Assembly (NCBI GenBank): GCA_030622115.1
Contig: JAUXGN010000012.1
Location: 1,493 to 65,492, forward strand
Source of the DNA: Candidatus Eiseniibacteriota bacterium
GTDB taxonomy: Bacteria; Joyebacterota; Joyebacteria; Joyebacterales; Joyebacteraceae
Direction: 5' to 3'
Length of the DNA: 64,000 nucleotides
A model generated the notes under the pieces. It was not told the origin of the DNA. It was given only the letters and a program-made list of their open reading frames with translations, and searched no databases. Positions 9,854 to 20,077 of this stretch are shown piece after piece; position 1 is the stretch's first letter, and each line of letters opens with the position of its first letter. The translations under genes were made by a program, and so were the position numbers.

Positions 9854-12199
9854 CTACTTCAGGAGCACCATCGATCTCTTCTCGGAGAACTCCCCTGCCT
9901 CCATCCCGAAGAAGTAGACCCCACTCGCAACCGTCCGCCCGAGATCGTCTCGCCCGTCCCAGACCACACTGTGGCGGCCGGAATCCTGAGCCAGATCAGC
10001 GAGCGTGCAAACCAGCGCGCCCGCAACATCATACACACGCAGACAAACGTGACTCCGCTCGGGAAGCGCGTAGCGAATCACCGTTGTAGGATTGAATGGA
10101 TTCGGCTCGTTCTGCGCAAGAACGAAGCGCCCGGGGCTTCCTGTCTCCGGATCGTCCGGCACGTCTGTAGACGTACTCGTGGCGGTGGTCTCGCTGTGGT
10201 AGAAGTCATGTTTCGTCACCGTGACGTCGAGCGTTCCGGGCGATGCTATCGGCGGCGTGAGCGGAATCGATACGAACCCGGCTGCATCCGTGTAGCGGAC
10301 CTCCGTAACATCATCGTCGGCCTTCTCAACGTGCACGAGTGCATTCTCAACCGGACCGCCTCCGGACACGTTCACCGTGACATCGAAGCTCACAGCTCCG
10401 ACCGGCACTTCGGCGGCGTGGCTCACATCGAAGACGGCCGGTACGTCGGTCCAGATATCAACCGATGGATCGCCGAGGACATTGTACATCTCGAAATACC
10501 TGTGGGTGCTTCCGCCGCCGCTGTAGTGCTGGTAGAGGTGGTAGAGCGCTCGATGGCTGATGCCGCAGGCCCACGTATAGCCCTCGCCGAAGCAAGCCTC
10601 GAAGGCTGCTTTCTCAAGGACGTCGTCCGGATCCCAGTACGACGTCGCGGAAGAGCCCCAAAACGCAAGGGCGCCCTTGCCGGAAGCGTTGATCCATGTC
10701 TCACCAAAGCACGACGAGCTGTACTGCCCCGTCAAACATGAGTAGCTGTGAACAAGCGGGAGCATCTCCTGATTGGTGAGGCTGTTGACGTCCGTGGCGG
10801 TGAACATCGGACCATCGGACCAGTAGGTCACCGATCCGTGGCCGGAGAAGACGCCGAGCGAGCGACCGTCGTTGAAAGCATCCCTGACTTGCTGCGTAGT
10901 TGCGTGGTATGTATGGCAGTAGAGCCTCTGCGAGTAGTACCCCAATGCGTCGAGGTACTGTCGGATGGCGTAGTCGTGCGTACCCTCAGAGATCTCGTAG
11001 TTGTCGTTGGAGGCCATGAAGACGGCCTTCTTGATCCAAGCGGTCCCGCTCGAGAGGTTGAACCTCTCATAGTTGACTGTCTTGTCAACGAGGTTCGTAA
11101 CCTGGGAGGCCGTCGTGCAGGAGAACCTTCCGATCCAGATATCAGGCTGCCAGTCCGAGCCTCCGTCCATGGTCACGTAGTAGAGGTCGGTCGATGGGTT
11201 GCTCGACTGTGTGCCGACCCAGTGACTGATGTAGCCTGTGTCTCCAACCAGGAGCACGAAGGTCGGGGGCACGTCCCAGTTGTCGTATGCATCCTGAATG
11301 TAGGCCTTGATGTTCTCCTTGGTGTTGCCTCCGGGAATCTCTGATGTCCGGACAGCAGTCACATCAAAGCCTTTCTGCGATTTCCAATCGACGAGCGGCT
11401 GGATGGCATCGTAGAAGTCATCGTGCGTGATGACGAGATAACCTATCTGAAGTGGGATCGTGTAGCGTCCCGTGAAACCGCCGTGGTTCACGAACATGTC
11501 CGAGGCCAGCTTCTCGGAGTAGCGATTGCCGTACCTCTCCAGGATCCGCTCTGTCTCTGAAGGATGTCCACCGGTGAACTCCACCTCGAGCGTCATGCGT
11601 GTCACGTACTCGATCTCACCCAGAGCAGGGCTGTATCTGATCGGGCTAACCTCGAGCAGCACGAAATCATGTCCGCGGACCGTCTCCACCTCACCGACAC
11701 AGGCACGAGTGGCGGGCGTGAGCGAAGAGCTCGAGTAGTACTCCCCGGAGAACGCGAAGTCGGCATCCTCGATCGCTCCAGGGATCTTCTCGATGGGCGC
11801 CTGGAGGGGGAACAGCTGGTGCCCGATCCCGAGCGAACTGAGCGTAGCCACACTGGTCTCTGCGGAAAGCACACGGACCGTAGCCTCAGCTCCGAGCGGG
11901 ATCTCCACGAACTCGCGAACTACCGGAAGCGCGGCCTCACCCACCACCGAGGTCGGGCCGTAGCCGGAGAGGCGCAGTTGCGTGTAGATACCACCGTTCC
12001 CCGTCGTCTCCATAGCATTCACTCCGAATACCTCGATCTCGAGCACAACGTGATCCATGTCGGACTCAACCACCCTGACGAGCGGCGGCGACTCCGACCC
12101 TCCATCGAAGGCAATCCAACGGCTGCCGTCGGCGAAAGCGACAGAAACGAGAAGGATCAGGAGAGCTACTGCCGGCAGGAACGGATTCGCACGCTTCAT
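9854..12199 (-). CDS. secreted C25 (gingipain-like) cysteine peptidase with propeptide and C-terminal FlgD-Ig/T9SS-like domain
   Basis: Signal peptide; WKSQKG, VLLVGD, TDLYY, IGRF; catalytic GHG and SC; LGDP; C-terminus LAQNEPNPFNP...WDGRD...ASGVYF...MVLLK. Confidence 0.9.
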   Translation of the reverse strand: MKRANPFLPAVALLILLVSVAFADGSRWIAFDGGSESPPLVRVVESDMDHVVLEIEVFGVNAMETTGNGGIYTQLRLSGYGPTSVVGEAALPVVREFVEIPLGAEATVRVLSAETSVATLSSLGIGHQLFPLQAPIEKIPGAIEDADFAFSGEYYSSSSLTPATRACVGEVETVRGHDFVLLEVSPIRYSPALGEIEYVTRMTLEVEFTGGHPSETERILERYGNRYSEKLASDMFVNHGGFTGRYTIPLQIGYLVITHDDFYDAIQPLVDWKSQKGFDVTAVRTSEIPGGNTKENIKAYIQDAYDNWDVPPTFVLLVGDTGYISHWVGTQSSNPSTDLYYVTMDGGSDWQPDIWIGRFSCTTASQVTNLVDKTVNYERFNLSSGTAWIKKAVFMASNDNYEISEGTHDYAIRQYLDALGYYSQRLYCHTYHATTQQVRDAFNDGRSLGVFSGHGSVTYWSDGPMFTATDVNSLTNQEMLPLVHSYSCLTGQYSSSCFGETWINASGKGALAFWGSSATSYWDPDDVLEKAAFEACFGEGYTWACGISHRALYHLYQHYSGGGSTHRYFEMYNVLGDPSVDIWTDVPAVFDVSHAAEVPVGAVSFDVTVNVSGGGPVENALVHVEKADDDVTEVRYTDAAGFVSIPLTPPIASPGTLDVTVTKHDFYHSETTATSTSTDVPDDPETGSPGRFVLAQNEPNPFNPTTVIRYALPERSHVCLRVYDVAGALVCTLADLAQDSGRHSVVWDGRDDLGRTVASGVYFFGMEAGEFSEKRSMVLLK

Positions 12200-12257
12200 T
12201 TCTTCCCCCAGTAGATGTAGCGAAGTCTAGGCTCGCCAGTCAGGCGTCCTGGTCCAA

Positions 12258-12315
12258 TGAGATTACTCAGATATCCAAGTTTAGTACATAAGTCTATGTA
12301 TGTCAATGAATTGAC
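12258..12315 (-). promoter_or_regulatory. sigma70 promoter of C25 gene overlapped by palindromic operator-like sites
   Basis: Minus strand TTGACA (12306-12301), 17 nt, TAAACT (12283-12278); palindromes TACATA-N4-TATGTA, GTCAAT-N2-ATTGAC and TGAG-N4-CTCA. Confidence 0.65.
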
Positions 12316-12339
12316 CGGGGGCGAACACTGTGGCCTTCG

Positions 12340-14010
12340 TCACGGCCGCGGCATGATCTTCTCGTAGGCCATCCTCAGAACGTCCTTCGATGGCCCGGAA
12401 TCGATGGTCTCCCAGGGAAGCAGTTCATCAGCACCGTACTCTCTTCCAGCGATCCACTCGGCATCCACGCCGGCGCGCCTAAGCGCCGCTTTCCACGGCA
12501 CGCCTTGAGTCGCGACCATCACGATCGGCCCCGCCAGCTCACGTCCTCCACGAGCCAGCACGGCCTCCCGCCTCGCCTCCCGCGGTCCGGCGCTCGTGAG
12601 CCGAACGCGAGGCTTCGCGGAGAGCACGCGGCGAAGCGCGGCGATTCTCTGGCGGAGTTCTCGCTCGCCTGCCGCCGGCGCCCAGGCGAACGGCGTCCTG
12701 GGCTTCGGCACAAACGGAGAGAGACTCACGGTGACTCTGGCCCTACCCTGCGCCGAAGCCACGGACTGAGCACGACGAACCAGTCCTGCGATTGCCTCCA
12801 CGTCCTCATCTGTTTCTCCGGGAAGCCCCAGCATAAAGTAGAGCCTCACCGTCTTCATCCCGGCGGCCGAGGCAACAGCTACTGCTCGGAGTATCACGGC
12901 GTCACTCGTCCCCTTCCCTATTCGTCGGCGCAGCAGCTCTGTCCCGGCTTCCGGAGCAAGCGTGGCGGTCCTCACACCGCAGTCGACAAGCAGACCCGCC
13001 AGTTCGGCGTCGACGCTCTCTATTCGCAGCGATGCCACACTCACCTCGACACCCATCGACAGAAGTTCGCGGAGTATCCAGCGGATCTCCGGATGATCAC
13101 CCAGCGATGCGCTCACCAGACCGACCCTGCGCGCGAACGGCAACGCGGCCTCCACTCGCTCGATGACATCCGCCGCGGCTCTGTGTCGGACGGCGCCGTA
13201 GACGTGGCCGGCGGCGCAGAAGCGACATCCCCTCCGGCACCCGCGCGAGATCTCGATCAGGAACATGTCGCTGAAGTACGCGTCGGGCGATAGAACAACG
13301 GTCTCCGCAAATTCGCCGCCGCCGCAAGCGGAGCGGATCGGCAGGGAAACTCCCTCTTGGCCGGAGAAACCCACAGCTCTGCCTGCCTGATCGCGTTCGA
13401 TATCGACAAGAGCCGGGACGTAAATGCCGGGGACCTGCGCAAGCGAGCGGATGATCAGGTCCCGCCCACTCTGGCGCTCGCTCATGAGCACTGCCAGAAA
13501 CGGAGGGAGCAGCGCATCGGCTTCGCCGACCAGCACGGCATCGACGATCGGCGCGATCGGTTCCGCATTCAGGAACGCGCACATGCCGCCGAAGATGATG
13601 AGGGGATCACCCTCCTCTCTCTCAGCCGCGAATGGCGCAAGACCGGTTGCCTCCAGCACACGAACGACATTGAAGTAGTCGTCTTCAAACGAGATGGAAA
13701 ACGCGATCACGTCGAAGTCTCTGAGCGGTGTGCCGGTCTCATAGCTTCTGCCCAGATGCCCGGATCCTTCGTCCCAGAAGACCCGCTCACAGCGGACGCC
13801 CTCATGCGAAATGAGGAAGCCAAATGTGAACTGGAAACCGAGATTGCTCATGCCCAGCGAGTACTCGGAGGGATAACAAAGGGCGACGGAGAGCTCTCGC
13901 CCTCTGCCGCCCATGGGTCTTGGTGGACGCTTGAGCCACGTCTCCAGTCTGCCCTCGGCGGACGTGCCCTTGATGGACGCGTCTTTGCGCCGACGCCGTC
14001 CGCGAGACAT
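12340..14010 (-). CDS. radical SAM protein with N-terminal B12-binding-like domain (TIGR03960-like)
   Basis: YPSEYSLGMSNLG N-terminal motif; CxxxCxxC in RGCRRGCRFC; APEAG; YFMLGLPGET; FVPKPRTPF. Confidence 0.85.
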   Translation of the reverse strand: MSRGRRRRKDASIKGTSAEGRLETWLKRPPRPMGGRGRELSVALCYPSEYSLGMSNLGFQFTFGFLISHEGVRCERVFWDEGSGHLGRSYETGTPLRDFDVIAFSISFEDDYFNVVRVLEATGLAPFAAEREEGDPLIIFGGMCAFLNAEPIAPIVDAVLVGEADALLPPFLAVLMSERQSGRDLIIRSLAQVPGIYVPALVDIERDQAGRAVGFSGQEGVSLPIRSACGGGEFAETVVLSPDAYFSDMFLIEISRGCRRGCRFCAAGHVYGAVRHRAAADVIERVEAALPFARRVGLVSASLGDHPEIRWILRELLSMGVEVSVASLRIESVDAELAGLLVDCGVRTATLAPEAGTELLRRRIGKGTSDAVILRAVAVASAAGMKTVRLYFMLGLPGETDEDVEAIAGLVRRAQSVASAQGRARVTVSLSPFVPKPRTPFAWAPAAGERELRQRIAALRRVLSAKPRVRLTSAGPREARREAVLARGGRELAGPIVMVATQGVPWKAALRRAGVDAEWIAGREYGADELLPWETIDSGPSKDVLRMAYEKIMPRP

Positions 14011-15671
14011 CAGAGCCTGATCTTCCTGAGTTCTCCGTGGCTTGGCGTCCAGTCAGAGAGCTGCGCTCTGGCCACGGGATTGCGGGAATCGATCCTCAGC
14101 ACTTCACGGAACTGCTCATCTGATTCATCAGCCCGATCGACTCGTCGGTACGTGAGACCGAGCATCAGCCTTGCTTCCACATAGTCTGAGTTGATCTCGA
14201 CGGCCCTTTCGAGTTCGTCTATGGCTTCGTTGTACCGCTCGCTCGCGATGTAGCGGTCGGCAAGCTCGCGATGCAGATCTGCGTACCCGGGCTTGAACAT
14301 GAGGGCCTTGGACAGATGCTCTATCGCTTCATCCTCGCGCCCGAGAGCGGCCTTGGCGCGGCCCAGATATGCGTGCGCCTCGGCGTACTCCGGGTTGATG
14401 CCGATGGCTTGCTCCAGCTCCTCGGCGGCTTCCTTGTGTTTTCCACGGGCGAGGTACGCCACACCCAGACCGCACCGGAGGTCCGCGTAGTCTCCGTTCT
14501 GAGCGATCACTACCTTGTACCGCTCGATCGCCGTATCGTAGTCGCCGCTTTCAAGAAACACTTCGGCGGGTATTCCCGGCGCATCGCTCCAGAACGCCGT
14601 GTCCTCGAACGCCAATCTGAATGAGGCAACGGCCTTTTCGGTCTCCCCCTCCGAGTGATACACCATTCCGAGGTAGTAGTTGGCGAGCGGATACCTGGGA
14701 GATGCATCGATGACCCGCAGGAGTTCCGTGCTGGATTCGCTCAGCATCCCGCGCTTGAAGTAGGCAACGCCCAGATAGCATCTGAGGTCCCAATAGTCCG
14801 GCTCCAGCTCGACGGCTCGCTTGAGACTCTCTTGAGCATCCCGGTAGCGACCGGCCTTGAGACAGAAGACGCCGCGGTAGAAGAGCGCATCGACGTAGTT
14901 GGGGTTGATGCTCAAACCCTCATCGAGTTCTGCCACGGCTGCGTCGTAGCGTTCGAGTTCGCCGTAGGCTATCGCCAGGCGAGCGCGGATGTCGGGATAC
15001 TTCGGCTTGAGCCTGACCGCGCGCTCAAACCCCTGCACCGCTTTCTCTAGCTGCCCCGTGTTGTAAGCGGTGATTGCGTCGTTGAGAAGTGTCCGGAACT
15101 CCTCTTTCCCAACCGTCGCTCCCCGAAGCTCCTCGAAGGGAGGGATCAGGAATCGCTCGTAGTCCTCTGCGATCTGCGGCGTCTCAGGAACCGGGATATC
15201 CAGCCCCAGCTTCATCGCCTTCTCGAACGCCCGCATGGCATCCTCATGCTGCCCCCGCTCTGAGAACGCCATGGCCAGATAGCAGTAGGCCTCCATGTAG
15301 TCGGGGTTGATCTCGACGGCACGCCGGAGCGATTCCACAGCATCATCGAAACGCCCCTGCTTCTCACTGATCATTCCGAGATGATAGTGGAGATCCGGGT
15401 AGCGGTTGTTCTCCTCCACGGCCTTCCGGAACTGCTTCTCCGCCTCCTCCAGGTTCCCCTGCCTGTAGAACGTGAAACCGAGGTGAGCGTGCGTCTCCGC
15501 GGCGTAGAACATGCCGAGCTGGTAGTAGGGATCGGACTTGTTCGTCGTCTCGGCGATGACGCGCTCAAACTCCACGACCGCGTTGTCGTAGTCGCCACGG
15601 TTGTAGAACTCGATTCCCTTGTTGTAGTGATCGCTCTCACCCAATCCGAACAGTTTGGTGAAGAGTGACAC
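14010..15671 (-). CDS. cytoplasmic tetratricopeptide-repeat protein
   Basis: TPR helices along the whole length (repeated NPxYxDxH/LG motifs); GTG start after GAGGAGG; no signal peptide; stop overlaps rSAM start (TGATG). Confidence 0.9.
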   Translation of the reverse strand: MSLFTKLFGLGESDHYNKGIEFYNRGDYDNAVVEFERVIAETTNKSDPYYQLGMFYAAETHAHLGFTFYRQGNLEEAEKQFRKAVEENNRYPDLHYHLGMISEKQGRFDDAVESLRRAVEINPDYMEAYCYLAMAFSERGQHEDAMRAFEKAMKLGLDIPVPETPQIAEDYERFLIPPFEELRGATVGKEEFRTLLNDAITAYNTGQLEKAVQGFERAVRLKPKYPDIRARLAIAYGELERYDAAVAELDEGLSINPNYVDALFYRGVFCLKAGRYRDAQESLKRAVELEPDYWDLRCYLGVAYFKRGMLSESSTELLRVIDASPRYPLANYYLGMVYHSEGETEKAVASFRLAFEDTAFWSDAPGIPAEVFLESGDYDTAIERYKVVIAQNGDYADLRCGLGVAYLARGKHKEAAEELEQAIGINPEYAEAHAYLGRAKAALGREDEAIEHLSKALMFKPGYADLHRELADRYIASERYNEAIDELERAVEINSDYVEARLMLGLTYRRVDRADESDEQFREVLRIDSRNPVARAQLSDWTPSHGELRKIRL

Positions 15672-15719
15672 GGCTTTCCTCCTCGCTCAGCATGTACTGT
15701 CCACACAAGCTTATTATAC

Positions 15720-16943
15720 TCAGTCCATCTGCCGGCGCAAGAACGTAGGTATCTCGAGTTCCCGCCTCGAGTTCTTGCGAGAGCCGCCCTTGGCGCACAT
15801 AACAATCCTCTGGGCGGGCTCCCTGTACCTGCGGGCGGGCTCCGGGGATTCGATCCTCCTGGGAGTCGATTTGGAACGCTCCGGCGACTTTGCGGTTGTT
15901 TCTGCCACAGCGACGCTTCTCGCGGCCGGTCTGGCCGGTCTGGGAGTGCGCGCCCGCTTGAGTTCCGTGGTTGCGCTCGTGCGCCCCATACCGATCCCTG
16001 TGGCAATGACCGTGATCATGATCTTGTCCTTCAGTGACTCATCGATCACCGCTCCGAAGATCATATTCGTCTCTGCCCCGATGGCATCGTTGACCACCAT
16101 TGCGGCTTCACTGATCTCGTGAAGGGACAGATCCACGCCGCCGGTCACATTCACGAGGACGCCCTTCGCGCCATTGATCGTGGCATCCTCGAGAAGAGGA
16201 CTCGATATCGACTGCTGCGCCGCCTCGACTGCCCTGTTCTCGCCGCCGCTGATGCCCGTGCCCATCACGGCATCTCCCATCTCGAGCATCACCGACTTCA
16301 CGTCGGCGAAATCGAGATTGATGAGCCCGGGGATCATAATGAGGTCGGTGACACCCTTGGTCGCGCGGAGCAGGACCTCATCGGCGATACGGAAGGCTTC
16401 GCGCACCGGTGTGTTCTTGCTGGCGACGGCCAGAAGCCGCTGATTCGGGATCACGATGGCCGTGTCGACCTCCTGCCTGAGTATGTTCACGCCCTCGACG
16501 GCCTGGCGCATTCTCAACTGGCCCTCAAAGAGGAACGGCTTGGTGGCGATCCCCACCACCAGAGCTCCCATCTTCTTTGCCATCCTCGCCACGACTGGAC
16601 CGGCGCCCGTACCGGTGCCCCCGCCCATTCCGGCGGTGATGAACACCATATCCGCGCCCTTGATGGCATTGGCTACATGCTCCTGATCGTCCTCGATAGC
16701 CTTCTTGCCGATCTCCGGCTTGCCGCCTGATCCTAAACCGTGCGTCAGCTCGCGGCCGATCTGGATCCGCGTCGCGGCGAGCGAGCCCTCAAGCGCCTGC
16801 GCATCCGTGTTGACGGCGATAAACTCCACGCCGGTGAAGCCCGACTCGATCATCCTGTTGATCGCATTGCCTCCCGCCCCGCCCACGCCCACGACCTTGA
16901 TCGAAGCACTCATCTCCGGCTCGGCGTCGAACTGGAACCGCAT
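15720..16943 (-). CDS. ftsZ: cell division protein FtsZ
   Basis: GVGGAGGNA, tubulin signature GGGTGTG, NLDFAD, C-terminal peptide [12 protein letters not shown]; ATG 16943 after GGAGG. Confidence 0.98.
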   Translation of the reverse strand: MRFQFDAEPEMSASIKVVGVGGAGGNAINRMIESGFTGVEFIAVNTDAQALEGSLAATRIQIGRELTHGLGSGGKPEIGKKAIEDDQEHVANAIKGADMVFITAGMGGGTGTGAGPVVARMAKKMGALVVGIATKPFLFEGQLRMRQAVEGVNILRQEVDTAIVIPNQRLLAVASKNTPVREAFRIADEVLLRATKGVTDLIMIPGLINLDFADVKSVMLEMGDAVMGTGISGGENRAVEAAQQSISSPLLEDATINGAKGVLVNVTGGVDLSLHEISEAAMVVNDAIGAETNMIFGAVIDESLKDKIMITVIATGIGMGRTSATTELKRARTPRPARPAARSVAVAETTAKSPERSKSTPRRIESPEPARRYREPAQRIVMCAKGGSRKNSRRELEIPTFLRRQMD

Positions 16944-17085
16944 CGTTCCTCCTTCCGGGCCACGGCTCTTGAGCCGCGATCCCGCCTGTCCACTGCTTGC
17001 TTTCCTTCGCTTCCCCATTTGTATTCCCTCATGTTCCGATTCCCCGCATGGCTTCGCGGGAACAATGCCAATGCCGACATGCTTC

Positions 17086-18309
17086 CTAGAGGAGGCTGTC
17101 AACCCACTGTCTCACCTTGCGGACGGTTCCGAGAACCGCCCCATCACTTCGTCTGCGCCGTCTTCTCGGTGTGCGCGACGCCGCGATGGCGACGCCTACA
17201 GCTGCAGCATGAGACGGATCCGCTATCGCATCGAAAAGCCCCGACACCCTGTCGGGAAGTCCGACTCTCGCCGGCATTCCGAAGATATCCTCGGCCACAT
17301 CGGCCACACCTCTGAGCTTTGCCCCTCCACCGGTCAAGACAACACCCGCCGCCGTCCTCCCCCAGTACTCTGTATCCCTGACCTCAGCCAGCGCCAGTTC
17401 GAGGATCTCTCGAACCCTGGGTTCGATGATGGCCGACAGCATGTGCGTCGAACTCTCACGCGATGGCCGCCCGCCCACGCTCGGGATCTCAAGGGCCGAG
17501 TTCCCGATCATGGACATCTTGGCACAGCCTGACTTGCGCTTCAGGAACTCCGCCTTGACCAACGGCATTCTGAGTCCCACGGCAATGTCGTTCGTGATGC
17601 TCGATGCTCCCCATCCAACAACCCCAACACACCGGATCGACCCACCATGGTGAAGAGCGACGCCCGTCGTGTCGGCGCCGATGTTCACGAGGAGAACGCC
17701 GAGTTCGCGTTCATCACTGGAGAGTGAAGAGAGTCCCGCCGCAACCGGCTTCGCAACCGTGATGCTCTCCCTTAACCCGGCCTCCCGCACGGCTCTGATC
17801 GAGTTGTCTATTACATGCTCTTCGGCCGTGACGATGTGGACCTTGGACCCCAGACGCACACCCGACATGCCGACGGGATCGCGGATCCCGCGCTGCCCGT
17901 CGACGAAGAATTCCTGAGGGAGCACGTCCACGACCGATCGTCCGACCGGCAGAGCCAAGGTTCTGGCCGCCTCGAGTACGGTGGCCACCTCAGATCGCGT
18001 GATCTCACCGTTCGCTCCGGAGACGGCGATGACGCCCCGGCTGTCGATGCCCTTGATGTGCTCCCCGTTGAGCGAGATCGCCGCAGCTCCGATCTCAACG
18101 TCGGTGCTCTTCTCGGCCGTCACGATCGCTTCGCGAATAGAGTCCGCCGCTCTCTCCATGTTGACGATGACGCCGGCCTCTATGCCGGTGGAACGCGACT
18201 CCCCGATCCCGAGGATCTCCGGGAGCTCTCGGTCCCCGACATCCGCAACAACTGCCTTAATCGTGCTCGAGCCCAGATCGAGGCCGACAATGATCTCGCT
18301 CCGCTTCAA
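17086..18309 (-). CDS. ftsA: cell division protein FtsA
   Basis: GLDLGSS, DPVGMSGVRL, VLTGGGAKL, C-terminal amphipathic helix; dcw position. Confidence 0.95.
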   Translation of the reverse strand: MKRSEIIVGLDLGSSTIKAVVADVGDRELPEILGIGESRSTGIEAGVIVNMERAADSIREAIVTAEKSTDVEIGAAAISLNGEHIKGIDSRGVIAVSGANGEITRSEVATVLEAARTLALPVGRSVVDVLPQEFFVDGQRGIRDPVGMSGVRLGSKVHIVTAEEHVIDNSIRAVREAGLRESITVAKPVAAGLSSLSSDERELGVLLVNIGADTTGVALHHGGSIRCVGVVGWGASSITNDIAVGLRMPLVKAEFLKRKSGCAKMSMIGNSALEIPSVGGRPSRESSTHMLSAIIEPRVREILELALAEVRDTEYWGRTAAGVVLTGGGAKLRGVADVAEDIFGMPARVGLPDRVSGLFDAIADPSHAAAVGVAIAASRTPRRRRRRSDGAVLGTVRKVRQWVDSLL

Positions 18310-18324
18310 ATGGGGCCTCCCGTC

Positions 18325-19155
18325 CTACGCGCGTCCCCGAGGTCCGCCTTCGGCGGTCCTCACGACAACCTGGCTTCTGAACCTCATGTCTATGGTCTCA
18401 GCCGTTACGCCTCTCGCTCTGAGATCACTCAGAACCGCCCAGAGTTGTGACAGCTTCATCCTGTCGTAAGCGCCGGAGCCAAACCTGATCTCTGCCCCGT
18501 CGGCTACCGTGTAGATAACCAGACCCGACCCCGGCGCAATATGCACTTCGGATATCTCTGTCCAGAATGAGGGAGAAAGCTCTCGCGCGGTCTTGAGGAG
18601 ATTGAGAGCCGTCCTCAGGTTCTCCGAATCAAACACCTCGCCCGCTGAAGGAGGTTCGCTGAGACCGCTGATAAGAGGGATGTCAACGAACGGAGTCCGC
18701 TCGGCGCCCGGCAGCACGCTTCCGTCACCTGCTATCTCCACGAATCCGGAGGAACCTGCGGCCACGATGGCGGCCGGCAGTTTCTCGTCAAGCCGGATGA
18801 GCACGTGGTCGGGAAGCCGGCGAGTCACGTATGCCCGCTCGACCCTCGGACTCGATATGATCGTCGCCTCGACACGTCCGAGATCGATGGAGAGAAGGTC
18901 CATCCCGGGCTCGATTCCGGCGAGTTCAACAACCTCCGCTTCGGTCAAGACAGCATTCCCGCTGATCTCCAGGAGAGACAGCGGGAAACGCCCGGCCTCA
19001 TCGCCCCATGCGGACGCCTTGTAGGCTGAGAACGCTATTCCGGTCAAGAGCAGCACCGCGCTTGCCGCGATGATGATTCGTTTCGCTCCCCCGCTCTCGC
19101 GCTGGGATCTTCCGCGATCATGCCGCTCTGTGCGCGTCCGTTTTCCGCCCTTCAA
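18325..19155 (-). CDS. ftsQ: cell division protein FtsQ/DivIB
   Basis: Single TM, POTRA (ISGN...RRLPD), C-terminal IDMRF; dcw position. Confidence 0.9.
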   Translation of the reverse strand: MKGGKRTRTERHDRGRSQRESGGAKRIIIAASAVLLLTGIAFSAYKASAWGDEAGRFPLSLLEISGNAVLTEAEVVELAGIEPGMDLLSIDLGRVEATIISSPRVERAYVTRRLPDHVLIRLDEKLPAAIVAAGSSGFVEIAGDGSVLPGAERTPFVDIPLISGLSEPPSAGEVFDSENLRTALNLLKTARELSPSFWTEISEVHIAPGSGLVIYTVADGAEIRFGSGAYDRMKLSQLWAVLSDLRARGVTAETIDMRFRSQVVVRTAEGGPRGRA

Positions 19156-20066
19156 TGCGCCCTCCTGCCTACGATCTCCACCTCAGTTTCAAGATCACGT
19201 CCTGAGTGCTCGCGAACTCGCTCACGGACCAGAGTGATCAGTTCCTCGACGTCCTCGGGAGTCGCCCCCCGGTCATTCAATATGAAATTGGCATGCACGT
19301 CCGACACGACGGCCCCACCGATACGAGTTCCGACAAGGCCCGCCGAGTTGATGAGCGTCCACGCGGCTTTGTCGGGGAAGTTGCGGAAGACGCACCCGGC
19401 GCTTCGCATTCCGACCGGCTGTGTTCGCCACTTCCGCTCGACGATCTCCTGCAGTCGTGCTGCGACAGTCGCCGGGGCCTCCTCGGCAAGAGCCAGGACG
19501 ACTCCTTCTACGACGTGTCCGTCCGGGATACCCATCCGCCTGTAGGAAGCATCGAGTTCGCTTCCGGCGACCCGAATGGAACTCTCCCCCGGTTCGAAGA
19601 CCACGACGGATTCGAGATGGTCTGCGAACCAGACGTCGTAGCTTCCGGCGTTCATAACGGCTGCTCCTCCGACACTGCCGGGAATCCCGGCGAGAGGCTC
19701 AAGCCCGGTGAGACCGGACTCCGCACAGAAGCTCAAGAGACCACTCAGCGGGATCCCGCTGCCCACCGTCACAGCTCCACCGTCCGCACGCAGCGTGCTG
19801 AGCGCTTGCTCGGTAGCAAGGACGGCTCCTTCGATACCACCGCTTCTCACAAGCAGATTGGTGCCTCTGCCAAGGACCTTGATCGCCACACCGGCGTCCT
19901 TGAGGAGCGCTGCGCACTCCTTGAGGGCGCCCTCGTCGAGCGGCTGGACGTAGACATCGGCAGGACCTCCAAGCCCGAATGACGTGTGCTTCGCCATGGG
20001 CTCGTCCAGATGAACGCATCCGGGAGCTATCGCTCTGAGTTCTGTGATGATGCCAAGATCCGTCAA
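19152..20066 (-). CDS. murB: UDP-N-acetylenolpyruvoylglucosamine reductase
   Basis: HTSFGLGGPA, GRGTNLL, GIPGSVGG..MNAG, SAGCVFRN, HANFI, LETEV. Confidence 0.95.
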   Translation of the reverse strand: MTDLGIITELRAIAPGCVHLDEPMAKHTSFGLGGPADVYVQPLDEGALKECAALLKDAGVAIKVLGRGTNLLVRSGGIEGAVLATEQALSTLRADGGAVTVGSGIPLSGLLSFCAESGLTGLEPLAGIPGSVGGAAVMNAGSYDVWFADHLESVVVFEPGESSIRVAGSELDASYRRMGIPDGHVVEGVVLALAEEAPATVAARLQEIVERKWRTQPVGMRSAGCVFRNFPDKAAWTLINSAGLVGTRIGGAVVSDVHANFILNDRGATPEDVEELITLVRERVREHSGRDLETEVEIVGRRAH

Positions 20067-20077
20067 GGGTAACCTCG

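Noticed and set aside
16944-17102. N-terminal extension of FtsZ in the ORF track (similar extensions on murG, ftsI, mraY, M16, suhB, YIP1, rpmB)
   Set aside because: Downstream starts with good SDs match family N-termini; the extensions overlap neighbouring genes or promoters.
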